From positions 22,693 to 86,692 of the forward strand of contig JAFGRT010000018.1 of the NCBI GenBank assembly GCA_016935015.1: a DNA stretch of 64,000 bases, in the 5' to 3' direction. This stretch comes from Acidobacteriota bacterium. GTDB taxonomy: Bacteria; Acidobacteriota; JAAYUB01. The position numbers were made by a program, and so were the translations under genes. Positions 19,403 through 30,300 of this stretch are shown piece by piece (position 1 is the stretch's first letter; the number at the start of each line of letters is the position of its first letter). Below the pieces are notes generated by a model that worked only from the letters and a program-made list of their open reading frames with translations, did not search any database and had not been told where the DNA came from.

Positions 19403-19609
19403 TTATTCGTACTTGCGCTGCAAGTTGCGCATTTTTTTACGGAGCCTCTTGCGGGCCAGCGCCTGCTTGATGCGGCGCTTTTCTCCGGGCTTGAGGAAGA
19501 AGGAGTGCTTTTTGACTTCTTTGATGATATCTTCCTGTTGCACTTTTCGCTTAAAACGGCGGAGAGCATTTTCCAGACTCTCGTTGTCATTTACCTCGAT
19601 GTAAGCCAC
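19403..19609 (-). CDS. rpsU: 30S ribosomal protein S21
   Basis: 68 aa, MAYIEVNDNESLENALRRFKRK...; highly basic C-terminus; canonical S21. Confidence 0.9.
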   Translation of the reverse strand: MAYIEVNDNESLENALRRFKRKVQQEDIIKEVKKHSFFLKPGEKRRIKQALARKRLRKKMRNLQRKYE

Positions 19610-19770
19610 GTGTTTTCACCTCCTCTCCGCTTGAGCATTCGAGCGAATTTATAAGTATAGAAATACGACGCGACCCTGTCAAGCAATTATTCAACGCTGC
19701 CGTCGCAAAAACCGGCCGTAAATCATGCCAATAAAAGATGCAATGATCCGCGTTCGGACAAAAAATTCAC

Positions 19771-19799
19771 TTTACATCACGGGATGACTGTGCTAAGGT
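19771..19799 (+). promoter_or_regulatory. Candidate sigma-70-type promoter for rpsO-pnp (TTTACA-17 nt-TAAGGT)
   Basis: -35 TTTACA at 19771-19776, 17-nt spacer, -10 TAAGGT at 19794-19799. It is ~36 nt upstream of the TTG start of rpsO, which has a GAGGAGG RBS. Confidence 0.35.
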
Positions 19800-19834
19800 A
19801 TCCGTTCTTTTGAACTCGTTCTGAGGAGGTCGAC

Positions 19835-20104
19835 TTGTCTCTACTGAAAGAGGAAAAACAGGACATCATCAAAAAGTTCGGGCGCGATGACCACGACTCC
19901 GGCTCACCTGAAGTCCAGATTGCCCTGTTCACGACACGGATCAACCAGTTAAATGAACACTTTAAAACCCACGCCAAGGACCATCACTCCCGGCGGGGAC
20001 TTCTCCGTCTGGTCGGTCAGCGCAAACGCCTGCTGGAATACCTGAAGCAGCAGGATATTGAACGATATCGTGCATTGATTAAAGAACTGGGTCTCAGAAA
20101 GTAG
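19835..20104 (+). CDS. rpsO: 30S ribosomal protein S15 (TTG start)
   Basis: 89 aa, canonical S15 ([44 protein letters not shown]...). GAGGAGG RBS. Confidence 0.9.
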   Translation: MSLLKEEKQDIIKKFGRDDHDSGSPEVQIALFTTRINQLNEHFKTHAKDHHSRRGLLRLVGQRKRLLEYLKQQDIERYRALIKELGLRK

Positions 20105-20282
20105 CGCAGTCTTTACTCCCACCCTTACGTCTGTTCGGGATCACAAAATGAGGGGTAACACTCCCAGACGCAGCACATACCATTTTGTTTTCCCCCATCA
20201 TTCTACTTACATCGGGATGATCAGAAGTTGCATGGGAACGAACCTGCCCGAATGGGTTTTATTTTAAATCGGAGGAATTTCT

Positions 20283-22478
<2,196 letters not shown>

Positions 22479-22510
22479 TCATTTGTTGTCAGTTGATCGC
22501 TTGACGAAGC

Positions 22511-22543
22511 AGGGGAAGCGCCAGCGCTTCCCCTCTTTTTATT
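22511..22543. terminator. Bidirectional rho-independent terminator between convergent pnp and RNase E/G genes
   Basis: AGGGGAAGCGC-cag-GCGCTTCCCCT (11-bp perfect stem) followed by CTTTTTATT. The T-tract overlaps the TAA stop of the minus-strand RNase gene. Confidence 0.75.
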
Positions 22544-24623
22544 GGGTGGCGATATCGAACGTGGGGATCGGCAGTAACGGATCAGCGATCAGGACCAGTT
22601 CCCGCTGGAAACGCGCCTTGATCTGGTTGGCTACCGCTTTCTCGTCCGTCTTCAGGGCGGTTGTCACGGCCGGGTTGGCCCGCACCACGATTTCCCGACT
22701 GCTCAGGGAGGATTGCATCCTTTCGATCTGGGAGTAGATGTCATAGCAAACGGTGGAAACGGATTTGGTATACCCGGAACCGCCACACATGGGGCAGGCC
22801 TCGGAAATGTTCTTTTCCAACGCGCTGGCTGTCCGTTTGCGAGTCATAATCACCAGGCCGAACTCATTGAAAGGCAGAACCTTGGACGGCGACTTGTCCA
22901 GCTTCAGCTCGTTAAAAATAACATCCATAACCGTCCGTTTGTTCTTTTTCTCCTGCATATCGATGAAATCCATCACGATGATCCCGCCGAGATTGCGCAA
23001 CCGGATCTGGCGGATGATCTCCCGGGCGGCATCCAGATTGATCTTGGCAATGGTGTCCTCAAAATTGTTGGATTTCCCCACGTATTTGCCCGTGTTCACA
23101 TCGATGGCGATAAGGGCTTCGGTGTGGTTGATGACGATAAATCCACCGGAGCGCAGCCAGACCTTCTGTTTGGTGGCTTTCTGAATATCAGGCACCAGGT
23201 TGAAGAAATCGAATATGGGTTGCACCCGGGTGTACAGCTTCACATTCGGCAACATTTCCGGCATGAACCGGTCGATGAATTCCACGATGTTGGCATATTC
23301 GTCGGGATCGTCCACCCAGATGCTGTTGTACGTCTCGTCCAGCCGATCGCGGAGGGTCCGGATCACCAAATCCTCCTCCTCGTAAAGGGGCGCCGGCGCG
23401 CTGAGCTCGGCATATTTTCCCTGGATGGTTTCCCAGGTCCGCAACAGGAAATTCATATCCTTCAGAATATCCGCCTCGCTGCAGCCTTCGCTGGCTGTCC
23501 GGACGATGAAACCGCCCGAGCGGTTCTTCATGTTGGTGCGGATGATGGAGCGCAGCCGTCGCCGCTCCTTGTCTTCCTTAATCTTGCGGGACACACCGAC
23601 CCGGTTGAAGGTAGGCATGTACACCAGCATCCGTCCCGGAATGGAAATGTGGGAGGTGATACGGGCGCTTTTCAGAGCCATGGGCTCCTTCATCACCTGC
23701 ACAATGATTTCCTGGCCCTGGCGCAGCATGGACGAAATATTGGCCGATGGATCATCGGTGGAAACCTGACTCTTGCGTCGTTTCCGCCGGCCGCCGCTCC
23801 GCCGGCCGCCATTGTCATAATGGACTTCACTGCCGGGGAGGGGCAGCTCGGCAGATCTTTCCGCCTGTTCGAGTCCGTTAGCCTGCTCTGTTTCCTGCTC
23901 CAAGAGATGCTGGGTCAGCTGTGTTTCAGGATGGATCTTCCCTTGGTCCGAAGTCGCCTGCTCACTCGGTTGGTCGGGTTGGGATGGGGCCTCCGCTTCT
24001 TTCGGCGGAACGGATTTCTTCCGGCCACGTCCTCTCTTGCGCCGCTCGGTCTTGGCCGCGGCTTTCCCTTCCGTCGCGGGCGCGGCACCCGAATCCCTTT
24101 CCTCGGTTCGCTCCCCGTCCGCTGCAGCGACCTGTTTCTCCGCCGCCTTGGGCTCAGACTCGTCGACCGACCGTCGCGCCCGGGTATCGCCGGGTACCGG
24201 CTCGGCATCCTTCCTTACGGGCTCCTCCAACGGCAGTTCCTTCTTTGATTCCGGAGCCTCGTCTGTTTTCTTCTGTTCGCCATCGGATTTTTTGTCCGTG
24301 TGGGGCGTGGTATCCTTTTTTTCGGGGCCCTGCCTGCCGGAATCCGCCTTGATCGGTTCATCATCGTCGACGATGGTGTCCTTTAGATCTGCAAATTCCT
24401 CGAGAAAATCCGTCACATAGAGAAATGCGTTCTTGTCCAGTCCGATGTCGACGAAAGCCGACTGCATGCCGGGCAACACTTTTCCAACCTTGCCTTTGTA
24501 AATGTTTCCCACCACGCTGACTTCATTCCGACGTTCGATATGGTATTCCACCAGAACGTTATTCTCCATGATGGCAGCGTGCACTTCAAATGGCGTGACG
24601 TGCACCACCATGTCACGGTTCAT
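22539..24623 (-). CDS. rng: RNase E/G-family endoribonuclease (RNase G-like, no C-terminal scaffold) with a ~200-aa highly charged insertion inside the S1-domain region
   Basis: The N-terminal S1 region is VVGNIYKGKVGKVLPGMQSAFVDIGLDKNAFLYV. The catalytic core (IIVQVMKEP...ITSHISIPGRMLVYMPT..., CPMCGGSGY zinc link) follows a long K/R/E/D/P/S/T-rich segment that Rng and Rne of model organisms lack. Confidence 0.85.
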   Translation of the reverse strand: MNRDMVVHVTPFEVHAAIMENNVLVEYHIERRNEVSVVGNIYKGKVGKVLPGMQSAFVDIGLDKNAFLYVTDFLEEFADLKDTIVDDDEPIKADSGRQGPEKKDTTPHTDKKSDGEQKKTDEAPESKKELPLEEPVRKDAEPVPGDTRARRSVDESEPKAAEKQVAAADGERTEERDSGAAPATEGKAAAKTERRKRGRGRKKSVPPKEAEAPSQPDQPSEQATSDQGKIHPETQLTQHLLEQETEQANGLEQAERSAELPLPGSEVHYDNGGRRSGGRRKRRKSQVSTDDPSANISSMLRQGQEIIVQVMKEPMALKSARITSHISIPGRMLVYMPTFNRVGVSRKIKEDKERRRLRSIIRTNMKNRSGGFIVRTASEGCSEADILKDMNFLLRTWETIQGKYAELSAPAPLYEEEDLVIRTLRDRLDETYNSIWVDDPDEYANIVEFIDRFMPEMLPNVKLYTRVQPIFDFFNLVPDIQKATKQKVWLRSGGFIVINHTEALIAIDVNTGKYVGKSNNFEDTIAKINLDAAREIIRQIRLRNLGGIIVMDFIDMQEKKNKRTVMDVIFNELKLDKSPSKVLPFNEFGLVIMTRKRTASALEKNISEACPMCGGSGYTKSVSTVCYDIYSQIERMQSSLSSREIVVRANPAVTTALKTDEKAVANQIKARFQRELVLIADPLLPIPTFDIATQ

Positions 24624-24815
24624 AATTCACCTCTGATTTAACTTTTTGGTGGGAATCCAGGGCTTTCTAAGCGGGCGGTGTTATCACCGAAAATATCTCT
24701 CAATGCCTCCGGACGTTTCCAGGATTCCCAGATCCGGTGCGGTACATATCCGTCCCAAGGTGACATCATATCACAACTTTGAACATGATCACAACGCGAA
24801 AGACGTACGGGCGGT

Positions 24816-24842
24816 AAAAAACCTGAACCGGCCGCATGGCCG
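24816..24842 (-). terminator. Rho-independent terminator after the outer-membrane protein gene, preceding the RNase E/G leader
   Basis: Palindrome CCGGCCGCATGGCCGG (24827-24842) with A6 on the plus strand (24816-24821), giving stem + UUCAGGUUUUUU on the minus transcript. Confidence 0.5.
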
Positions 24843-24881
24843 GATTCCCCCGGTCATTCCGCCGCCAGACCGGACTTTTTC

Positions 24882-26264
24882 TTAAAAATTATAAAGAAAC
24901 GAGATGGCCCAGTAATCCGTTTCCCGGGACAGATCCGCCGCCAGATCGAGCAGGAAATGGTTGCGGAAGATCATTCCCAGGCCGAACGTCGCATGATAGT
25001 CCGTATCATTCTCGGGAAAAAGTGCCGCCTGGGCGCGAGGAAAATCGTTGAAAACCTCGTTGATGGGAATCACCACATTGGGCGGCAGGGTGAAGACATC
25101 ATTGCCGGCCCGGTCGCCGATGAAGTGGAGGGAATTGTCGGGATCACTGTAGAAACCGACACGGAGAAAAACCGGCACATCCCGGATATACAGGGCATAC
25201 TCGCCGCCCAGGTGAATTTCCCAACCATGCATGAATTCGTAATCATCCTGAAACTCTTGCTGAATGTAGCCGATAAACTGCGGCGTCAGATCGCCATACT
25301 CAATGCGCACCACGTCGAACGTGAGGGTCAAATCGTCCGTGGGGGTCAATCCAACCCCTACCCCGTAACGGTCCGGAATCTTGATCTGAAAAGCAGGAAT
25401 CTCCTCCCGCAGCGGCTGTTGTTGCAAATCGAGAATATTCTCCTTGAAAACGGCCCGGACCTCATGCCGGGAACCGCTGCGATAGACGGCACCGATCTTC
25501 AGCCAATCCAGCGGCTTGACAATCAGACCGGCCACCCAGCTGATATCCCAATCGTCATCCCGGATACGCAACTGAACGGCTTCGGTATCCCCTTCAGGTA
25601 GCCGGTAAAAAGCGCCGAGCGCCTCAGTGGGCTGCACTTCCAGGGCCTCGAAGGACAGGCGGGAGGCGCGGATGGAGAAACCCAGGTTCAGTCGTTCGCC
25701 ATACCGATGGGCCAGGGAGAAACCATAATTGGTCAGGGTGAAATCGATGGTGGAATCGAACTGCTGCACCACTACCGGCGTGGGCGTCGGATACAGAATA
25801 TTGTACACGTCCGGAATCGTGGCCTGGCGCTGGTGAATGTCGATGGCATAATCGGCCAGCTCCTGACGATAGAACCCAACAGCCCAGTTGCGGAACGGGT
25901 AGACCAGGCTAAGAAAGGTCGGGGAAAACTGGTGATCGGTGGTTTCCGCGTAACGGATCTCTTCGGCGGTGGGGGCCAGGGTGCGGAAGGTGTTGGAGAC
26001 AAGACGACCCTCGATGAAGAGCTGAGGGGTCAGGAGCGCCGTCAGCCCGGCCGGATTGGTCTCTGAACCGGTGGCGTCGTCGCCCAGGGCGATGAAGGCC
26101 TGTCCCATGGCCGTAGCCCGACCGCCCGGGTTGATGAAGTTGAAACGAAAATTGGAAAACGGGAACGTCGGCAGGGGATCACCGGGCCCCTGGCCAAACG
26201 CCGTCGACATCAACAGAAAGATCAATCCCACCGCCGACATCAAACGGAAGCAGAGATGTCTCAT
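24882..26264 (-). CDS. Outer-membrane beta-barrel protein, FadL/PorV/UPF0164-like
   Basis: Signal peptide MRHLCFRLMSAVGLIFLLMSTAFGQ; N-terminal motif GGRATAMGQAFIALGDDATGSETNPAGL; C-terminal aromatic residue (..YNF). Confidence 0.55.
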   Translation of the reverse strand: MRHLCFRLMSAVGLIFLLMSTAFGQGPGDPLPTFPFSNFRFNFINPGGRATAMGQAFIALGDDATGSETNPAGLTALLTPQLFIEGRLVSNTFRTLAPTAEEIRYAETTDHQFSPTFLSLVYPFRNWAVGFYRQELADYAIDIHQRQATIPDVYNILYPTPTPVVVQQFDSTIDFTLTNYGFSLAHRYGERLNLGFSIRASRLSFEALEVQPTEALGAFYRLPEGDTEAVQLRIRDDDWDISWVAGLIVKPLDWLKIGAVYRSGSRHEVRAVFKENILDLQQQPLREEIPAFQIKIPDRYGVGVGLTPTDDLTLTFDVVRIEYGDLTPQFIGYIQQEFQDDYEFMHGWEIHLGGEYALYIRDVPVFLRVGFYSDPDNSLHFIGDRAGNDVFTLPPNVVIPINEVFNDFPRAQAALFPENDTDYHATFGLGMIFRNHFLLDLAADLSRETDYWAISFLYNF

Positions 26265-26423
26265 GGTCTGGATTCTCCTCGTTGCGGACATGGTTCACCA
26301 TAGCAAAAAGTGACAACAAGATCAAAAGGAATCCAGAGCCTGTCGCCGTCATACCCGGCCGGAATATTCCGCTGCCCTCGCCGTTTTCGGCGACGGCACC
26401 GCATGCGCTCGGCGGCTTGATGC

Positions 26424-26807
26424 TCAGTAATTCTGTTTCAGGGTCATCAGCAATGGCAACCGGTTTAGAATCAACAACCCCAGGGGCATACCGAGGATGG
26501 TGACACAGAGGAGCCATCCGATCTTGAGCGCCAGAGCGCCCAGCCACCAGCCGATGACCAGGAAGTAGAGAATACGCACCAGCAGATGGATCTCCTGATG
26601 GGGGACGGTCATGGTGCGGCCGCTCATGTCCCGCACCGATATACCCTTGATGGGCCGCAGCGTCAGGATTTGCGGGTACCGGTTAAAGATCATGACCCCC
26701 AGCGGTGCCCCGATGAACGAGGCGCACAACAGGTAACCGACAGCACCGGCCAGCAAGCCGAACCACCAGCCGATCAGCAGAAAATAGAGTATGCGCAAGA
26801 ACATCAT
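26424..26807 (-). CDS. yccF: YccF-family inner-membrane protein (two tandem DUF307 repeats)
   Basis: Internal duplication RILYFLLIGWWFGLL... / RILYFLVIGWWLGAL.... 127 aa. Start MM abuts the stop of the upstream RHH gene. Confidence 0.75.
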   Translation of the reverse strand: MMFLRILYFLLIGWWFGLLAGAVGYLLCASFIGAPLGVMIFNRYPQILTLRPIKGISVRDMSGRTMTVPHQEIHLLVRILYFLVIGWWLGALALKIGWLLCVTILGMPLGLLILNRLPLLMTLKQNY

Positions 26808-26808
26808 G

Positions 26809-27156
26809 TCACATTACCTCGTTCCGGATTTCCTCCTTGATGCGACGGATTTCCTCGATCTTCGCATTGATCTTGTCGAAGAGATCCTGGCGGGCCTTGA
26901 TTCCCTCCGCCGTCAGGAAGGCCACCGCTTCCGAGCGGGAGCGACAGATATCCGCCTCGATGAGCTGTTCCACCCGGGACATGGCCTCATCATCCAGTCG
27001 AACGGAGATCACCAGCTGTCGCTTCATGGTACGGATCTCCTCCACGATTTTTTCGGCACTGCGGGCGATGTCCGAACCGATTTCTTCCGCCGCCTTGCGG
27101 GCCGATCCGACAAATTTCTTGAAATCCTCTTTGGCCTGCTTGCCGCTTTCAGACAT
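26809..27156 (-). CDS. Ribbon-helix-helix (CopG/Arc-like) domain protein with coiled-coil flanks
   Basis: Central segment LVISVRLDDEAMSRVEQLIEADICRSRSEAVAFLTAEGI matches the RHH beta-alpha-alpha pattern. The flanks are K/E-rich. Confidence 0.5.
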   Translation of the reverse strand: MSESGKQAKEDFKKFVGSARKAAEEIGSDIARSAEKIVEEIRTMKRQLVISVRLDDEAMSRVEQLIEADICRSRSEAVAFLTAEGIKARQDLFDKINAKIEEIRRIKEEIRNEVM

Positions 27157-27210
27157 TTCCAGTTCCTCCTTTCGGGTTATTTCTACCTTCTTGTTTGAGT
27201 AAATGAAATT

Positions 27211-27263
27211 TGATTACATGATACACCGTAATTTGTAATTATGTAACTCAATTACATATTACG
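27211..27263. promoter_or_regulatory. AT-rich promoter/operator with imperfect inverted repeat GTAATTATGTAA-N5-TTACATATTAC and extra GTAA/TTAC half-sites
   Basis: Located 55-107 nt upstream of the RHH start. It is strongly AT-rich in a GC-rich genome. Arms at 27235-27246 and 27252-27262. Confidence 0.4.
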
Positions 27264-27379
27264 CAGCGAACTGTCCAAATGTTCCACGGGGCCGGGACTT
27301 GATAACAAAGGAAGCGATTCGGCGAAATACCACCACGGCAGGGGTTATTGGCAAAAACACCAGGGAAAGCAAGCGACGG

Positions 27380-30300
27380 TTATCGGGCGATCTCTTCGCT
27401 GAAGGACTGGGGCGGAACGGCCGACATGAAGGTGCCGGCCATGTCGCCGAACAGCTCGAAAGCTACCAGGCGGGCGGCCGGGTCGGAGGTGGTGATGGTG
27501 ATGTATCCTTTGATCTGGGGTAGCAGTCCGGGCACGAAATCGGCAAGCATCCGGCTACTTTTGGTTCCGGCCAAAATGGGGACATCACCGGCTCCCGTCA
27601 GATTGCCGAATTCGTCGAAGACCTCGAAATGGGCGACGGCATCATTGGCGCCGGCATTGAGCAGGGTGAGGCCGGTAAAGTAATCGGTGCCGTACAATTC
27701 ACCGTAGGCCAGATGGGAGAACATCATCCGGTTCAGGCCCCCGGCCTGCAGGACCAGCGTGGCGGCGAAGCTGGCCTGCGCGCGATCGCCGAAGGTAAGG
27801 GTGCCGCCCAGGCCCGACTGATCGGAATCCACCTGCAAAAAACCCACTTCATAGTCCACGGACTGCCAGTCGATGTCCAGCAACTGTGAAAGCTCCTCGC
27901 GCCGCATCCCGCCCGGCGGTATCATCGCCGGCGCCGACGTCCGGAATGGCGTGCCGTCATCCCGGAAAGCGCTGATCACGATCTCCGCCGGATTCGCGGA
28001 GCGATTGTACAGCTCGAGGACGGAGCGGTAAAACCGCCCTTCGGCAAAATGGGGCGCATACAGACGGGAAGCGGTTTTGTCCGGCTCGGTCAGCACCACG
28101 CCCGGCGCGGCGGTCATCAGGTTGTCCGTTCCGCCGTACTGAAAGCAGTCCAGCGGCCGATCGGCGCTCACTTCAAGATAGCAGGCGCCGGTGACACCGG
28201 GAAACATGTCGCTGAACGGAAACGACAGCCGCCCACCCGGCGCCAAGGTGGTCTGGAACGGATCGGCCAGCCCGCTTCCGTCGGTGCCGATACACGCGAC
28301 GGTCACCCGGGCGGTGGCATCGTTGGGATTGACGATGGAGACCTGGCAGTCACCATCTGTGGTCAGGGATTCGTTGGTCGGCAGAATGGTGATCACTGCC
28401 GGCACCTCCTGGGCGACAGCGCCATCCATAAAAGGCCCCGCTGTTACCGAAGTCAACAAGTAGAAGCCCTGCAGGCGGGGGCTCAGGGATACGGCTCGCA
28501 TCCATGGATGATAGGCGTTGATGCCGCTGCCGAAGATATCCGTCACGTAAAAGGCAATCTGTTCCCCTTCAGGGATGGTCAGGGCCACGGGATTCTCCAC
28601 ATCGGGATCGGCCACCAGCGATCCGTCTTCATCATACAGGGAAAAATAGACCAGCGCCTCACCGCCGCCGGCCGGATTGGCCAGGGCGAAGGCTGCGGCC
28701 ACCTCCGTCGAGGTCTCACTGTTGGGGAAATCCAGAATCCGGTAGTTGCCCTTCAGCAAAGACACGAACTCGGTGTCGGGCGAAATGCCGATATACCCGC
28801 CGCCGTTGCCAAAGGAGAGCCACAGCAGCTCCTCCACCTCACCCGTCTCCGTCAGCACGGCAGCCGGGATCAAAAGGCCCTGCTGCACGCCTTGGTAGAT
28901 ATAAATATCCTGGCTTCCACCGTTGGCCACCGCTACATCCTCGAATCCGTCGGCATTTAAATCGGCAACGGCGATGGAGGTCGGATTGGTGCCGGCCGGC
29001 AAATCCTGATAGAGTTCGAACTCGAACGAGGTGAGCGCGCTGAAGGTATGGAGCAGGCCCTCGCCGTCGGTACAGACCAGGATATCCGCCAGCCCGTCAT
29101 CGTTCAGGTCCGTCGCTTTCAGATCCGTGGGCGAGGCAGCGGTGATTAGGGTGGACGCCGCTTCGAAATCCCCGTCGCCCATCCCCCGGAATACCCGGAC
29201 CAGGCTGTCGGTACCGTCGACGACGGCGATATCCGGCGCCTGGTCGCCGTTGAAATCGGCGGTGGCCATGGTGACGGGTCCGCTGCCGGCCGCCAGGACC
29301 TGGTTCAGGGAAAGATTACCGCTCCCGTCATTGAGATAAATCTGCAGGGTTTGTTCGGAATTGCTGAGGAACGCGTAATCGGTGAAGGTATCCTTGTTGA
29401 AATCCGACGAGGTTCCCTCGCCCTCGCCGGCGGGAACCGAAAAGAGGCTGCTCTTGCCGGTGGCCATTATAGACTTCCCGGCGGCGGATTTGCCGAACTG
29501 TCCGGTGTTGAACAGAATGAACACATTGCCGGTGACGGGATCGGTCAGCAACAGATCCACACGACCGTCGTTGTCGAAATCCTGAATGGTGATGTCATGG
29601 GCGGCAAAACCGATGTTCACCATCAGCGGTGGCCGGAAATTCATTCCCGGCCGGGGATCTTTCAGGAGAACCGCGATCTGCGGCACCCCGGCCAAGGTAA
29701 CGATCAGGTCATCATAGCCGTCATTGTCCAGATCGCCCCGGGCCACCCGATCCGGCACATGGGCCAGGTCTACCTGATCGGGTGGGCGGTCAGGCGCGAA
29801 ACTCTCCTGCCGACGATCGATCCAGGCCCTGAGTCGAAACCGGTAATCCTGGCCGCTGCGCAGATACAGGTCGGCCACCGCCAAGAAGTAGACACCGGAT
29901 TCGGGTACGATGAATTGCACGTAAGAGTCCACGCCGCGGTAATTGTTGTTGAAGGCCAGGGTCCGCGGAAAACCGCTGAAGACATGCACCACCGGATCCA
30001 GCCGCAGATTCCCTTCCGCATCGGGCAGGCTTTCCACCGTTACATTCAGGATCTCGCCGGCCGAGGCGGCAAACCGATAGTAATTGTAAGGAATCAACCC
30101 CGCCAGTTGATCTTCGAGCTCGGCTGGAACATTGACGGTGATTTCCGTGGCCTCGTCCACGTATATCCGTGAATCGGCCTGTGCCCCGCCGTATTCCGGC
30201 GGAACCTTCAGCGTAAGCAGCGTGCCACCCCGGTTCAAACCCTGCAGATGGGCTACGAGATGGTTGCCGTCCCGGATTATCGTCGTATCGATGAATTGGG

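Noticed and set aside
22713-24248. 511-aa plus-strand ORF
   Set aside because: It is antisense to the RNase E/G gene, whose catalytic motifs are unambiguous.
29351-30172. 273-aa plus-strand ORF and many others inside 27380-31888
   Set aside because: They are antisense shadows of the giant beta-helix/FG-GAP protein gene.
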